Assembly (NCBI GenBank): GCA_964016885.1
Contig: OZ024744.1
Location: 114,018,001-114,082,000 of the forward strand
Direction: 5' to 3'
Length of the DNA: 64,000 nt
From: Eledone cirrhosa
Lineage: Eukaryota
Position 1 is the stretch's first letter. Every line of letters begins with the position of its first letter. The position numbers were made by a program, and so were the translations under genes. The notes beneath the pieces are model-generated. The model searched no databases and was not told the origin of the DNA. It worked only from the letters and a program-made list of their open reading frames with translations. Of this stretch, positions 25,245-36,539 are shown piece by piece.

Positions 25245-25760
25245 TTAGACAAAGTATCTGGTAGAGAATATTAAGAAGCCAGAGAAGATTACTAATGTAG
25301 GTAGGAAGCCGCTAGAATTGGTTGAGGACTTCCTGTATTTGGGAGCAAAGATTGGAAATACGGAAGATGATGTGGTCGAGAGGAAGAGCAAAGCCTGGGT
25401 GGCGTGCCACAGTTTGAGACCGGTGTGGAAGTCGGACCTTTGTAAAGACCTGAAGATCCGCCTCTTCGTTACTGTAGTGTAGTCTGTGCTGCTGTACGGG
25501 TCTGAGACTTGGACACTGACCAAGAAACTCACTCAGATGGTGGATGGGTGCTACACGAGAATGCTGAGGATGGCTCTGAACATTAATCAGTATACACTGA
25601 GGATGAAGAACTCAGAGCTGTACGGGAGCCTCTCAAAAGTCAGCTCAAATGTGACACAGAGGAGACTGAGGTTAGTTGGACATGCTCACCAACATCCAAA
25701 GTTGACACTGCACTCAGTGCTCCTGTGGGAGCCCCTGCATAGACACACGGGAAGACTAGT
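25245..25760 (+). mobile_element. RTE-group LINE fragment (third family)
   Basis: VEDFLYLG, KIRLF, LLYGSETWTLT, RRLRLVGH. Confidence 0.8.
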
Positions 25761-26524
25761 ATATATATATATATATCTAGGGAGTGTAACTTGGAATTAC
25801 TGTAGGTTCACCCGGGTGAGCACTCGATGTTTAGGTTCACTTCTGTGTCGAAGGGTATAGCTAGACAGAGTGTATTATAAAATAAAGTAAGGACGAGTGG
25901 TTACTCCTTCATTACGTTTTTTGGTTGGTGACATGCGTTTCGCCAATGATCAGCTCAAGGTTCGATCTGCACTGGGATTTTTACATAACCTTACCTATTG
26001 AGTACACTGAGATGCTAGTCCCGTCAACTTATAGAGAGAGAGAGAGAGAGAACTAGTTTAAAACTAGTTAGACCGTTACTTGACAGAGTAGTTGACACTT
26101 GAGGTAGTAGAGTATGGTTCTGTTATAAAGATTGGGACCCGACGGCTGAGATCTTGCCCTTTCAACAGCTAGTTGAGAGAGAGAGCAAGGTAAATTTATT
26201 GAAAAGCACTCGCTGGATAAGAAAATTCTTTTTTTCTTCTAGTATTTTTCGTGTGTTTTCAACTAATTGAGTGAGTCGGATGTCAGATGTGTTGAAAACA
26301 AACGAATAACGTAGAAAAGAAAAAAATTTCCGCCAAAGAAATCTCTGGGGCTGGGAAAGCCAGAGCAGCCCCCCCCCCCTCCCCAACCACACAGTCCATT
26401 TTCAATTGCGAGCATGTTGCGAATCAGATTAGTTGGAAACTCATGGAAAAAAAAAAAAAAACTATAAAAAAAATTTTTTTGTGAATTCCAGCAGCTGGTT
26501 TTCTTATAAGTTTACTAAGGTTTG

Positions 26525-26704
26525 GATTGGCAGTATCGGTAGAGGGTCGGACACCATGCTTTCCAGCATAGTTACGTCCCTTTACGATCTGAGTTGAAAT
26601 CCCGCCGAGGTTGACTTTGCCTTTCATCCTTACGGGGTCGATAAAATAAAGTACCAGTAATGCACTGGGTAATTGCTGGCCTTGTGCCTAAAGTAGAAAC
26701 AATT
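26525..26704 (+). mobile_element. tRNA-derived SINE family A, near full length
   Basis: A-box-like TGGCAGTATCGG, B-box-like GAGTTGAAATCC, central GCCTTTCATCCTTACGGGGTCGATAAAATAAAGTACC; four copies or part copies in the window. Confidence 0.88.
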
Positions 26705-27047
26705 ATGTATTAAAAAAGGAAACTCAGTTTTTGTATGTATGTGTGTTTGTGTGTGTGTGTGTGTATGTGCATGTATGTATATATATGTACACATATGTGG
26801 GTACATATAGTATATATGTATATCATCATATGTCAGGTTACTCCTGAGTGTTACCGGTAACATGTAACCCAGTGCAACCTGACACAAGTCGTCGGTTACT
26901 AAACCTACGTCTGCTTGGTAATTTTGGATACCCTGCAGGATGAAGAAGAAAACCTGGCAAAGGGCAGAGGAATTGTGAGTCAACAGCCATCCAATAGTGT
27001 GTATATATGTATATATTGTGTGGGTGTGTAAATATGTATAAATATAT

Positions 27048-27384
27048 GGAGGCACATGGCTTAGTGGTTAGAGCATTGGCCTTGCAATCGAAAGGTTGTG
27101 AGTTCAATTCTCGGACCGGGTGATGTGTTGTTTCCTTGAGCAAGACACTTTATTTCACATTGCTCCAGTTTACTCAGCTGTAGAAATGAGATGATAGGGA
27201 CTGGGGTCCCTATCATTCCACTGCAAAGTGGTCGTGGAGGTGCCACGGCAAAAAAGCACCCAGCACTCACTGTAAATGAGGTTGGTGTTAGGAAGGGCAT
27301 CCAGCTGTAGAAATCAAACCAGAATCAGTTCCCGTCCCACCCTTGCAAGCAGGGAAAAAGCAGATGTAAAGTGTTGATGATGAT
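27048..27384 (+). mobile_element. tRNA-derived SINE family B with CORE-like centre and RTE-type 3' tail
   Basis: A box TGGCTTAGTGG, B box GTTCAATTC, TCCTTGAGCAAGACACTT, 48-bp module, GATGAT tail; near-identical to 48919-49254. Confidence 0.9.
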
Positions 27385-27849
27385 ATAGTTTAAGAGTGTG
27401 CAGAGCTGTTGTAGCTTTCACTGGCTGGCACTGAATGGTTTTTGTCTCCCCCAGTGTCTGTTCAACATGCCACCCAGTGAAGTGATGACCTAACCTCCTT
27501 TAGTTCAAAGACCAACTTGTGTAGTGAAGAGCCACATCATACATGAGGGTGCTTTTGATATGGCTATCATAGGATAGTCGAACAGAACAGGTCAGATCTA
27601 GAGGAGTAAGACTTGATAAAAATCCTGCTTGTCTTATAGTAAGTAGTAACTGATGCGACAATCATCAGTTTAATTAGATGACCTCAGTGTCATTGAACAT
27701 CAGTGTCTTTACAGATAATCAACTATTAATTCAACAATGGGTTGACACAACTGCTCCTGTTAGTGGAGAAATCTATATTCTAGCCATCAGAAAAAACAAA
27801 ATGAATGCTTCACCTTCAAAAGAGATATGACTCGAGAAGAAGAGGAATA

Positions 27850-27891
27850 TCATCATCATCATCATCATTTAACGTCTATTTTTGTGTGTGA

Positions 27892-27927
<36 letters not shown>

Positions 27928-28170
27928 TCATTTAACGGCTAATTTTTCCACACTTGCATACGTCAGACAGGTTGTCACATTATGAGATATACCAGAGCAA
28001 GTGACCATGTCATGTTCATGCAGATCTGTATTTTGTTTTGGTTTCTACAGTTGGATGCCCTTCCTAACACCAATCACCATACAGGGTGGACTGGGTGCTT
28101 TTTCTTGTGTTACCAACACAACCACCTTACATTGTAGACTGAGTGTTTTTTTTGTTGTGACACCAGATCA
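27850..28170 (-). mobile_element. RTE-PHD family 3' UTR/tail fragment
   Basis: TTTCTACAGTTGGATGCCCTTCCTAACACC plus (CAT)n, homologous to 19082-19340. Confidence 0.75.
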
Positions 28171-28274
28171 GCATATACCTTAATATCAGTATGAGTGGCT
28201 AGTTAGAGCCAGTTTGAACAGAAAAAGCTGAGAGAATTCTAGCTGGATACAGCCAGTTTAAATGTTAAAGGTGC

Positions 28275-28880
28275 TTGTTTCCTCCAAGCGATTGTTGTTT
28301 GCTATTCCTGTGCATCGACCACATGAAAAATGTATGTTCTTTGTTAACCTGCTTAAGATCCCACTACATCCCTTGTGTACCCATAGTTTGCATTTGGAAC
28401 ATAAGATGGAATTTCATACTGGAATTTCCGACTGAGCAAGGCCATTTCCCTGAAAGAATCTAAGCCTATATTCCTTTCTACTTACTAGGACTTTAGTCTT
28501 TGTCAAGTTGACTTTCAGACATTTTGATTCGGGGTCATGCTTCCAGGTTTGGAATTTCCTCTTTAATTCTGCCATAGATTCTGCTCCAAGGGTTAGATCA
28601 TCTGCATACAGGAGTTCCCACAAGCAGCCAGTCTTAAACTGTTCCCTTCTAGCCTGCAGGGTGATAATAAACAGGAGAGGGCTAAGAACAGGACCCTGAT
28701 GGACTCCTACCTGCACACTAAATTCTTCCCTATAGTCATTGTTACTTGTAAACTTGCTGACTGCCCACTAGATTATGGAACAAGGGTCTCTGCCAAAAGC
28801 TTTCTCCAAGTCAACAAAAGCTAAATAGAGGGGTTAACTAAGTTCTTCTCCTGCAGTTGCCTCACAAGGAAGAGGGCATC
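28275..28880 (-). mobile_element. RTE-PHD family fragment
   Basis: GVHQGPVLSPLLF, LYADD. Confidence 0.85.
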
Positions 28881-28939
28881 CAAACTGATGACCTTTGGGG
28901 TTCATATGAGGTTTACATTAGATATCAAATAACAGGTAA

Positions 28940-31800
28940 AATGTCTAATGTCAGAAGGTTTGCTGCCAGAACCAAGTTATTTACCTGAATTCCTGTATAC
29001 TGAAATTGTGATCTTGTTGCTCACACCGTGAGTGACATGCTGCATCTCATGGATTCTTTTTCAAAAGCATGCAGGGCATTGGGCCTATTAATCAGTGTGA
29101 AAAAGACTGTGGTGATGTACCAACCTGCACCAGGAAAAACTTATTCTACACCAAACATATTATGTCTATGGCCAGACATTGAAAGTCGTGGATAAGTTTG
29201 TATATCTAAGCAGTGCTGTAAATATGACCAATACTCTCAAAGTGAAAGAAAGACTGTATGATGTGTGTATATGAACAGCAATGTTACATAGTAGTGAGAC
29301 ATGGGCACTGTGTGCAGAGGACATGCAAAGATTGGAAAGAAATGAAGCTTGCATACTCCAATAGATGTGTAATAGTAATATACTCGAATAGTAAAGTGGT
29401 CATGTAGTTGTCATAACAAAAAGTACCCAGTACACACTGTAAAGTGGTCATGTAGGTGTCACAACAAAAAGTACCCAGTACACACTGTAAAGTGGTCATG
29501 TAGGTGTCACAACAAAAAGTACCCAGTACACACTGTAAAGTGGTCATGTAGGTGTCACAACAAAAAGTACCCAGTACACACTGTAAAGTGGTCATGTAGG
29601 TGTCACAACAAAAAGTACCCAGTACACACTGTAAAGTGGTCATGTAGGTGTCACAACAAAAAGTACCCAGTACACATTGTAAAGTGGTCATGTAGGTGTC
29701 ACAACAAAAAGTACCCAGTACACACTGTAAAATAGTCATGCAGGTGTCACAACAAAAAGTACCCACTACACACTGTAAAGTGGTCATGTAGGTGTCACAA
29801 CAAAAAGTACCCAGTACACACTGTAAAATAGTCATGTAGGTATCACAACAAAAAGTACCCAGTACACACTGTAAAGTGGTCATGTAGGTGTCATGACAAA
29901 AAGTACCCAGTACACACTGTAAAGTGGTCATGTAGGTGTCACAACAAAAAGTACCCAGTACACTGTAAAGTGGTCATGTAGGTGTCACGACAAAAAGTAC
30001 CCAGTACACACTGTAAAGTGGTCATGTAGTTGTCATAACAAAAAGTACCCAGTACACACTGTAAAGTGGTCATGTAGGTGTCACAACAAAAAGTACCCAG
30101 TACACACTGTAAAGTGGTCATGTAGGTGTCACAACAAAAAGTATCCAGTACACACTGTAAAATAGTCATGCAGGTGTCACAACAAAAAGTACCCACTACA
30201 CTGTAAAGTGGTCATGTAGGTGTCACAACAAAAAGTACCCAGTACACACTGTAAAATAGTCATGTAGGTATCACAACAAAAAGTACCCAGTACACACTGT
30301 AAAGTGGTCATGTAGGTGTCATGACAAAAAGTACCCAGTACACACTGTAAAGTGGTCATGTAGGTGTCACAACAAAAAGTACCCAGTTACACACTGTAAA
30401 GTGGTCATGTAGGTGTCATGACAAAAAGTACCCAGTACACACTGTAAAGTGGTCATGTAGGTGTCACAACAAAAAGTACTCAGTACACACTGTAAAGTGG
30501 TCATGTAGGTGTCACAACAAAAAGTACCCAGTACACACTGTAAAGTGGTCATGTAGGTGTCACAACAAAAAGTACACAGTACATACTGTAAGGTGGTCAT
30601 GTAGGTGTCACAACAAAAAGTACCCAGTACACACTGTAAAGGGGTTATGTATGTGTCACAACAGAAACTACCCAGTACACACTGTAAAGTGGTTGTGTGG
30701 GTGTCACAAAAAAAGCACCCAGTACACACTGTAAATGTGGTTTGCCTTTAGGAAGGGCACCCAGCTGTAGAAACCAAACCAGAATCCTTTCTGTATGAGC
30801 AAGGTATGGTCATCTGACCTGGCATTTCTCACAGCAGGACAACTCATCTAACCCATGCTAGCATGGAAAAATGGATGTTACATGGTGAATCATGAAGGCA
30901 AGTGATACATTTGGAAAACTGGATGGATGTCTGGTATTTCCACTGTTTTTCGGAAGTATGGTATTTCCACTGAGACAAAGTTGAAAAGTTTATAATGCTT
31001 GTGTTTTGTCCTCTGTGTTGTATGTATCTGAGACTTAGGTTACTTACCGTAGATATCTCAAATGGTTGGAACACTCTCATCAACAGTGTCTTCAACATAT
31101 ACAGGGCATCCACTGGAAAATGTACGTGAGTGACACTGAAGTCCTTGAATGCTGTTGGTCTACCAGTATAGAGTCTCTCATATTTCAACATTGATTCAGA
31201 TGGAGTGGTCATGAAATGAGAATGGATGATGACCACATCCTCAGGCAGTTCCTGTATGGTGAGCTGGTCAAAGGTAAATGACCAGCACACAAACCAAAAT
31301 TGAGGTACAGGGATTGCATTAAAAGCACTCTGAGGAAGATGAAAATATTGGAGAATGACTGGGGGAACCTTGCTAGAGGAGAATTTGAAAGAATCTGTGT
31401 TGAGCATGAACAACTCAAGTGGTGTGCTCGTAAGGGCCTTGAGGTTAGTTTACTTGAGTATCTTGGTATGTAGGTTGATTTAACTTGTAAAGAATGTGGC
31501 CAGTTATGTCTAAATAAGGCAGGCATTAGAAGTTATCTAAGAAACCACATGTACAAGGACCTTGTCAACTATACATTGTACAGCATTTTTGTTCACAGGG
31601 AGTGTGGAAAAAAATGTGCCTCAGTTAGTGGACTGAAACTTGATATGAAAGTCCCCCACTGTGATAGGCCTCCATCTTTGCCACATCTGTGCAAAAGCGT
31701 GTGGGTCTCTAGTGGTACTAAAATGTTGCATCTGTACAGCTCATGCTTTATGCTTTAGAGGAGTGTCAGGCGATGGCATTGCTTGAAATCAAGTTGCAGC
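28940..31800 (+). mobile_element. Degraded RTE/BovB-like LINE (28940-29230 and 30895-31800) interrupted by an RTE-PHD 3' fragment that carries the satellite
   Basis: KKTVVMYQPAP and FVYL before the insertion; FGKL, RWSGH, LYGEL and C2H2-like C..CG motifs after it. Confidence 0.7.
29390..30735 (+). repeat. 48-bp satellite, ~28 highly homogeneous copies, running directly into the LINE tail (30736-30890)
   Basis: CACACTGTAAAGTGGTCATGTAGGTGTCACAACAAAAAGTACCCAGTA repeated. Confidence 0.97.
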
Positions 31801-31867
31801 CATCATATATATATATATATATAATAGGATATATATATATATATTATATATATATATATAATATATA

Positions 31868-32046
31868 GGAGGCACAGTGGCTTAGTGGTTAGAGCATTGG
31901 CTTTGCAATCGAAAGGTTGTGAGTTCAATTCTCAGACCGGGTGAACAAGACACTTTATTTCACATTGCTCCAGTTTACTCAGCTGTAGAAATGATAGGGA
32001 CTGGGGTCCCTATCATTCCACTGCAAAGTGGTCGTGGAGGTGCCAG
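31868..32046 (+). mobile_element. SINE family B, 3'-truncated
   Basis: Matches 27048-27245 with small deletions. Confidence 0.88.
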
Positions 32047-33170
32047 AGATAGTTGCCAAGATGTTGAAATTATCTCTGGAAATGATCTGTGGAGCTGAAC
32101 TAGTCACCCACATAGTCAATCAGGTTTATATAGGACAGTGTCATATCCAATGACTAGTGCAGCAGTACAATTATAAATTACTACAAGGGCAAAGGTGATG
32201 CCCTAGAAAGGAGCAACTATAGAGGAATAAAACTAATGGACTAAGTTATGAAAGTGACAGAGTTATTGCACAACTAATTAGGGAAACAGTTTGGGTTCAT
32301 ACCTGGGAGAAGCACCACAGATACCCTTTTCTAAGTTAGACAACTACAAGAGAAGATCTTAGCCAAGAATAAGCCACTATATTTAGTTTTTGTTGATCGG
32401 GAGAAAGCCTTTGACAGAATACCTCGATCTGTCATCTGGTGGTCCTTACGGGAACTAGGTGTAGAAGAGTGGCTTGTGAGGGCAGTGTAAGTCACGTACA
32501 GAGGAACTGCTAGTAAAGTGAGAGTAGGAAATAAGTTTATTGAGGAATTCAAGGTACAGTTAGGAGTTCATTAAGGTTCAGTTCTTAACCCATTGCAGTT
32601 TATTATAGTCTTTCAGGTCTTAACTGAGGAGTTTATGACTGGCTGTCCATGGGAACTACTGTATGCAGATGATCTGGTCCTCATAGCTGAATCCATAAAA
32701 AAAAAAATAGAAAATAGGTTCCAACTTTGGAAACAGAATTTGCAATCAAAAGGTCTGAGAGTAAATTTAGCAAAAACCAAAATGTTAATAAGTAGGAAAG
32801 AAGACAGGCTACTTCCCTTCAGGGAAGTAGCCATACTCAACATGTAGGACAAGCAGAGGCTGGAGAGAAATGAGGCAAGATGCTTTGATAGATGTGTAAT
32901 GTGCAAGAATGACAAAGCATGGATGAATTGAGGGAGAAACTAGGTTTAAGAGGAATCTGAGATGGTGTGCAGGACAGGAGACTGCACTGGTATGGACATG
33001 TCACTGGGTGAAGAAGTGCCAAATAATCCTAATAGAAGGAAGCCACTGTAGAGGAAGGCCTAGGAAGACCTGGATGGAAGTGGTGAGAGCTGATCTCAAA
33101 TCACTGAAACTCATAGATGAGATGACAAAGGAAAGCAACAAATGGAGAGAGGCAGTCCTGTTGTATGCCA
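32047..33170 (+). mobile_element. Degraded RTE-clade LINE with internal deletions
   Basis: YKGKGDAL, NYRGIKLM, EKAFDRIP, LLYADD, GRPRKTW. Confidence 0.85.
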
Positions 33171-33289
33171 GAAAGCAGTATTCACCATGACACTAAAGCA
33201 GTCTTGCAACACACATACACACACACAACTTTATTTAGTGAATGCTTTGGTACAAGTGAACTTAATTCTAACTTGTATATGTTTTTCAG

Positions 33290-33397
33290 GACCGTAAAAT
33301 ATTCTAAAGTGAAAACAGTCTCTATTGGAAAAGCAGGCACACATCTAGAAGATCTGGCTTGTTATGCTGGTGTCAAAATGAATCCAAAGATTTTTCA
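33290..33397 (+). CDS. MZT2: Internal coding exon of an MZT2/MOZART2-like gene (gamma-TuRC-associated protein)
   Basis: Branch-like TTCTAAC and TTTTTCAG acceptor; GTAAGA donor; 108 nt, phase 2/2; encodes TVKYSKVKTVSIGKAGTHLEDLACYAGVKMNPKIF(Q), comparable to recalled human MZT2 ELYELAQAAGGAIDPDVFK. Confidence 0.8.
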
Positions 33398-33794
33398 GTA
33401 AGATTTTATTTCTATGAATTAATATCATTTTACCATTTTTATTACCATATTTCTGCTGAAAGACACAGCTCCCTTATGGTTTTCAAATAACTTTGCAAAT
33501 AAAGAATTTCGATTTAGTAACTTTCTCATTATTAAATTGGTGTTTGGAACATAACTTAACAAAGGTTCTTACATAAAATTATGATGGAAGGTTTTTAGAT
33601 GAATATTAACACTTTATTATAGTTTTATATCATAGAACCAGGCATATTTGGAACATAACTTAACAAAGTTGCTTACATAAATATATATAATGGCCAGCCA
33701 ACACAGACTGGAGATAGAACATGTAGCAATATGGGCGGTACCCCAGCATGGCCTCAGGCGGATGATTGGAACAGGTAAAAGAGTATGTATATAT

Positions 33795-34090
33795 CATCAT
33801 CATCATTATCGTTTAATGTCCATTTTTCCATGCTAGCATCAGTTAGAGCAGTTGTCCCATTGTGGGTTGTCCCATCAGATCAGATGACCATATCTTGCTC
33901 AGAACTGTTTCTGGCTTTGTTTCTATGGCTGGATGTCCTTCCTAATGCCAACCACATTTACAGTGGGGGCTGGGTGCTTTTTATTGTGGCATCAAAACGA
34001 CTACTTTACAGCATCGTCTGGGTGCTTTTTGTGACACCAACACAACCACTTTACAGTGTGGGCTGGAAGTTTTTTGTCATGGCTACAAAA
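33795..34090 (-). mobile_element. RTE-PHD family 3' UTR with ~3 copies of the 48-bp module
   Basis: (CAT)n, CCATGCTAGCAT, CTGGATGTCCTTCCTAATGCC, three TTTACAG..CTGG units. Confidence 0.8.
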
Positions 34091-34289
34091 TGTTACCTTA
34101 CAGGGAGGACTATGGTTCTTTTGTCATAGTTCCAACATGAGCTCCCTTACATGGTAAACTATGAGCTTTTGTTGTCACCATCACGACGACATTACAGGGT
34201 GGACTGGAGCTTTTAGCCATTTCAGCAGCATTATGGGAGAGCTTGTTCAGCTTTCCATACTTGTATACATGGGTTGGTCTAAAGAGGGG

Positions 34290-36350
34290 CATCGTCATCA
34301 TCATAATCGTTTAACATCCATCTTCCACGCTAGCATGGGTTGAACGGTTTTGTCCCACTTGAGGGGAGATTGGTTGGGTGACCGTGTCTCGCTCATACAG
34401 AACTGTCTCTGGCAGGTTTTCTACAGCTGGATGCCCTTCCTAACACCAACCACATTTACAGTGTGGACTGGGAGCCTTTTTACCGTATCACCTACATGAC
34501 CACTTTACAGTGGGAGGATGGAGTAGGGTGTGTGGGGTGGAGTGTATATTGAGTTAAGAGGTGCCTACTGACTGAGGGTTCATATGTAAGGGAAGGCAGG
34601 TCTTCTGTATAACTGCATAGCGCCAAAGATCTCGATTCAGTGACATTGTCTTAGAGAGGTGTAAGTGAGCAAGGTCAGTTTTTATTACCTTGTCCCAGGT
34701 TTTTCTTGGTCTAACCACTCCATAGCTTCCATCAATTTTCATTGCCCCGTACTTTTTTGTACAGCTGTCGTCCTTCATATGCATCACATGTCCATACCAA
34801 CACAATCTCCTCTCCAGAACACAACATTTGATACCTCTTATGCTTAGTGTCTCTCTCAATTGGTTTATGCTTTGCCATTTGCGTACATTACTATTACACA
34901 TCCATCGGAGCATGTAAGCTTCATTTCATTTTAATCTATGCAAGTCTTCAGCACACAACACCCAGATCTTACTGCCATGTAATATCACCATTCGTATACA
35001 AGCATCATACAATCTGCCTTTCACTTTTAGAGAAAAACCCTTTGTGGCCAACTGCGGTATTAGCTCTCTGAACTTTTTTCATCCCGCTCTAACTCTGGCT
35101 ACTACACTTTCAGAGCACACACCACCACTGCTGATTTTGTCACCCAGGTAACGGAAAGTGTCTATTATTTCTATAGAACCATCTGGGCAGTTGAAGGTGA
35201 TAGCATTCAGTGGGTCCTTGCTACTTATTGCACCTGAGCATCGGCCACATATAAAATCTACATTCTTAGATAGCTTACCTGTGATCCCACTAGTTTGCAT
35301 TTGGAGCATAGAATGGAATTTCTACCTACTCCTTTCTTACACACTGTGTATAGCCATTTCCCAGAGGGCACCTGTGCCCTATTCTCCTTTCTACATACTA
35401 GAACTTTAGTCTTAGACGAGTTAACTCTAAGGTCTTTTGATTCTAGGCCATGCTTCCATGTTTGGAACTTCCTCTCTAGTTCAACCATAGATTCAGCTAT
35501 GAGAGTTAGATCATCTGTGTATAGGAGTTCCCATGGGCAGCCGTTCTTAAACTCCTCTGTTATAGCCTGTAGAACAATAATAAACAGGAGGGGGTTAAGG
35601 ACGGAGCCTTGGTGAACACCAACTTTTACACTAAATTCTTCACTATGTTCATTGTTAATTCTAACCTTGCTGACTGTTCCTCTATACATGGTTTGTATAG
35701 CTCTCACAAGCCATTCATCTACTCCTAGTTTTCTAAGGGCCCACCAGATAGCAGAGCAGGGGACTCTGTCAAAGGCTTTCTCCAAGACAACAAAAGCTAA
35801 GTAGAGGGGTTTACTTTTAGCTAGGTACTTTTCCTGGAGTTGCTGTACAAGGAAAAGAGCATCCATGGTACCTTTACCTGGCACAAACCCAAACTGCATT
35901 TCATCTAGATCAATTCAGTCTCTAATCAGTTGAGTAATAACTCTTTCTGTGACTTTCATGATTTGGTCAACTAACTTAATACCCCTATAGTTTCCTCTAT
36001 CCAGGGCATCTCCCTTGCCCTTGTAACAGTTGATGATGATGCTGCTACGCCAGTCATTTGGTATGACCCCATTCTGTATTACTTGGTTAACTATCTGGGT
36101 GACCATAGTACGTCCCACCATTCCAGATATCTTCAACATTTCAGTAAGTAACCCTGAAGGCTCAGCTGCATGGCCTATCTTCATATCTTTGATTACCTTA
36201 CTTACTACACTACCATTAACTTGCACACCTGGTCCTTCTGTTGGATCAATGTGGGGCATACTATCTTTATTCCATTCAGTAGTCTCTCGTAGTGACACTT
36301 CCAAGCTACCTTCTTATCACTGACAGTGAGGGCAAGTGTCTCCCCGACAA
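34290..36350 (-). mobile_element. RTE-PHD family LINE, 5'-truncated, with 3' UTR
   Basis: ORFs 35915-36304, 35258-35899, 35079-35309 and 34554-34913 are colinear with 19444-21019. Confidence 0.92.
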
Positions 36351-36539
36351 TATCAGATGTGGAAAATGAGCATTGAGTGGGGGGTGCATGTAAGGTGGGG
36401 ATTGGAGTAGTAGGTTTAGGGTGGGGTATTTAGCTAGTGAAGGGTGGACTGTTAAGACGTTGAGGTGTATGGATGGGGTAGAAGTGTTGCATGGTGCATA
36501 CTAGAGACCTCTAGATGTTACTTCATTCTGTGCACATAG

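Noticed and set aside
27048-27120. tRNA gene (UGC anticodon-like loop); also at 31868 and 48919
   Set aside because: Acceptor and anticodon stems pair poorly and the sequence continues into a repeated SINE body, so it is a SINE head.
29284-30729. Cys-rich ORFs with repeated MTTLQCVLGTFCCDTY (also at 11-200 and 61232-63970)
   Set aside because: A 48-bp unit is a multiple of 3 and has one stop-free frame; indels break the frame freely and the unit matches a LINE 3' UTR, so there is no evidence of coding function.
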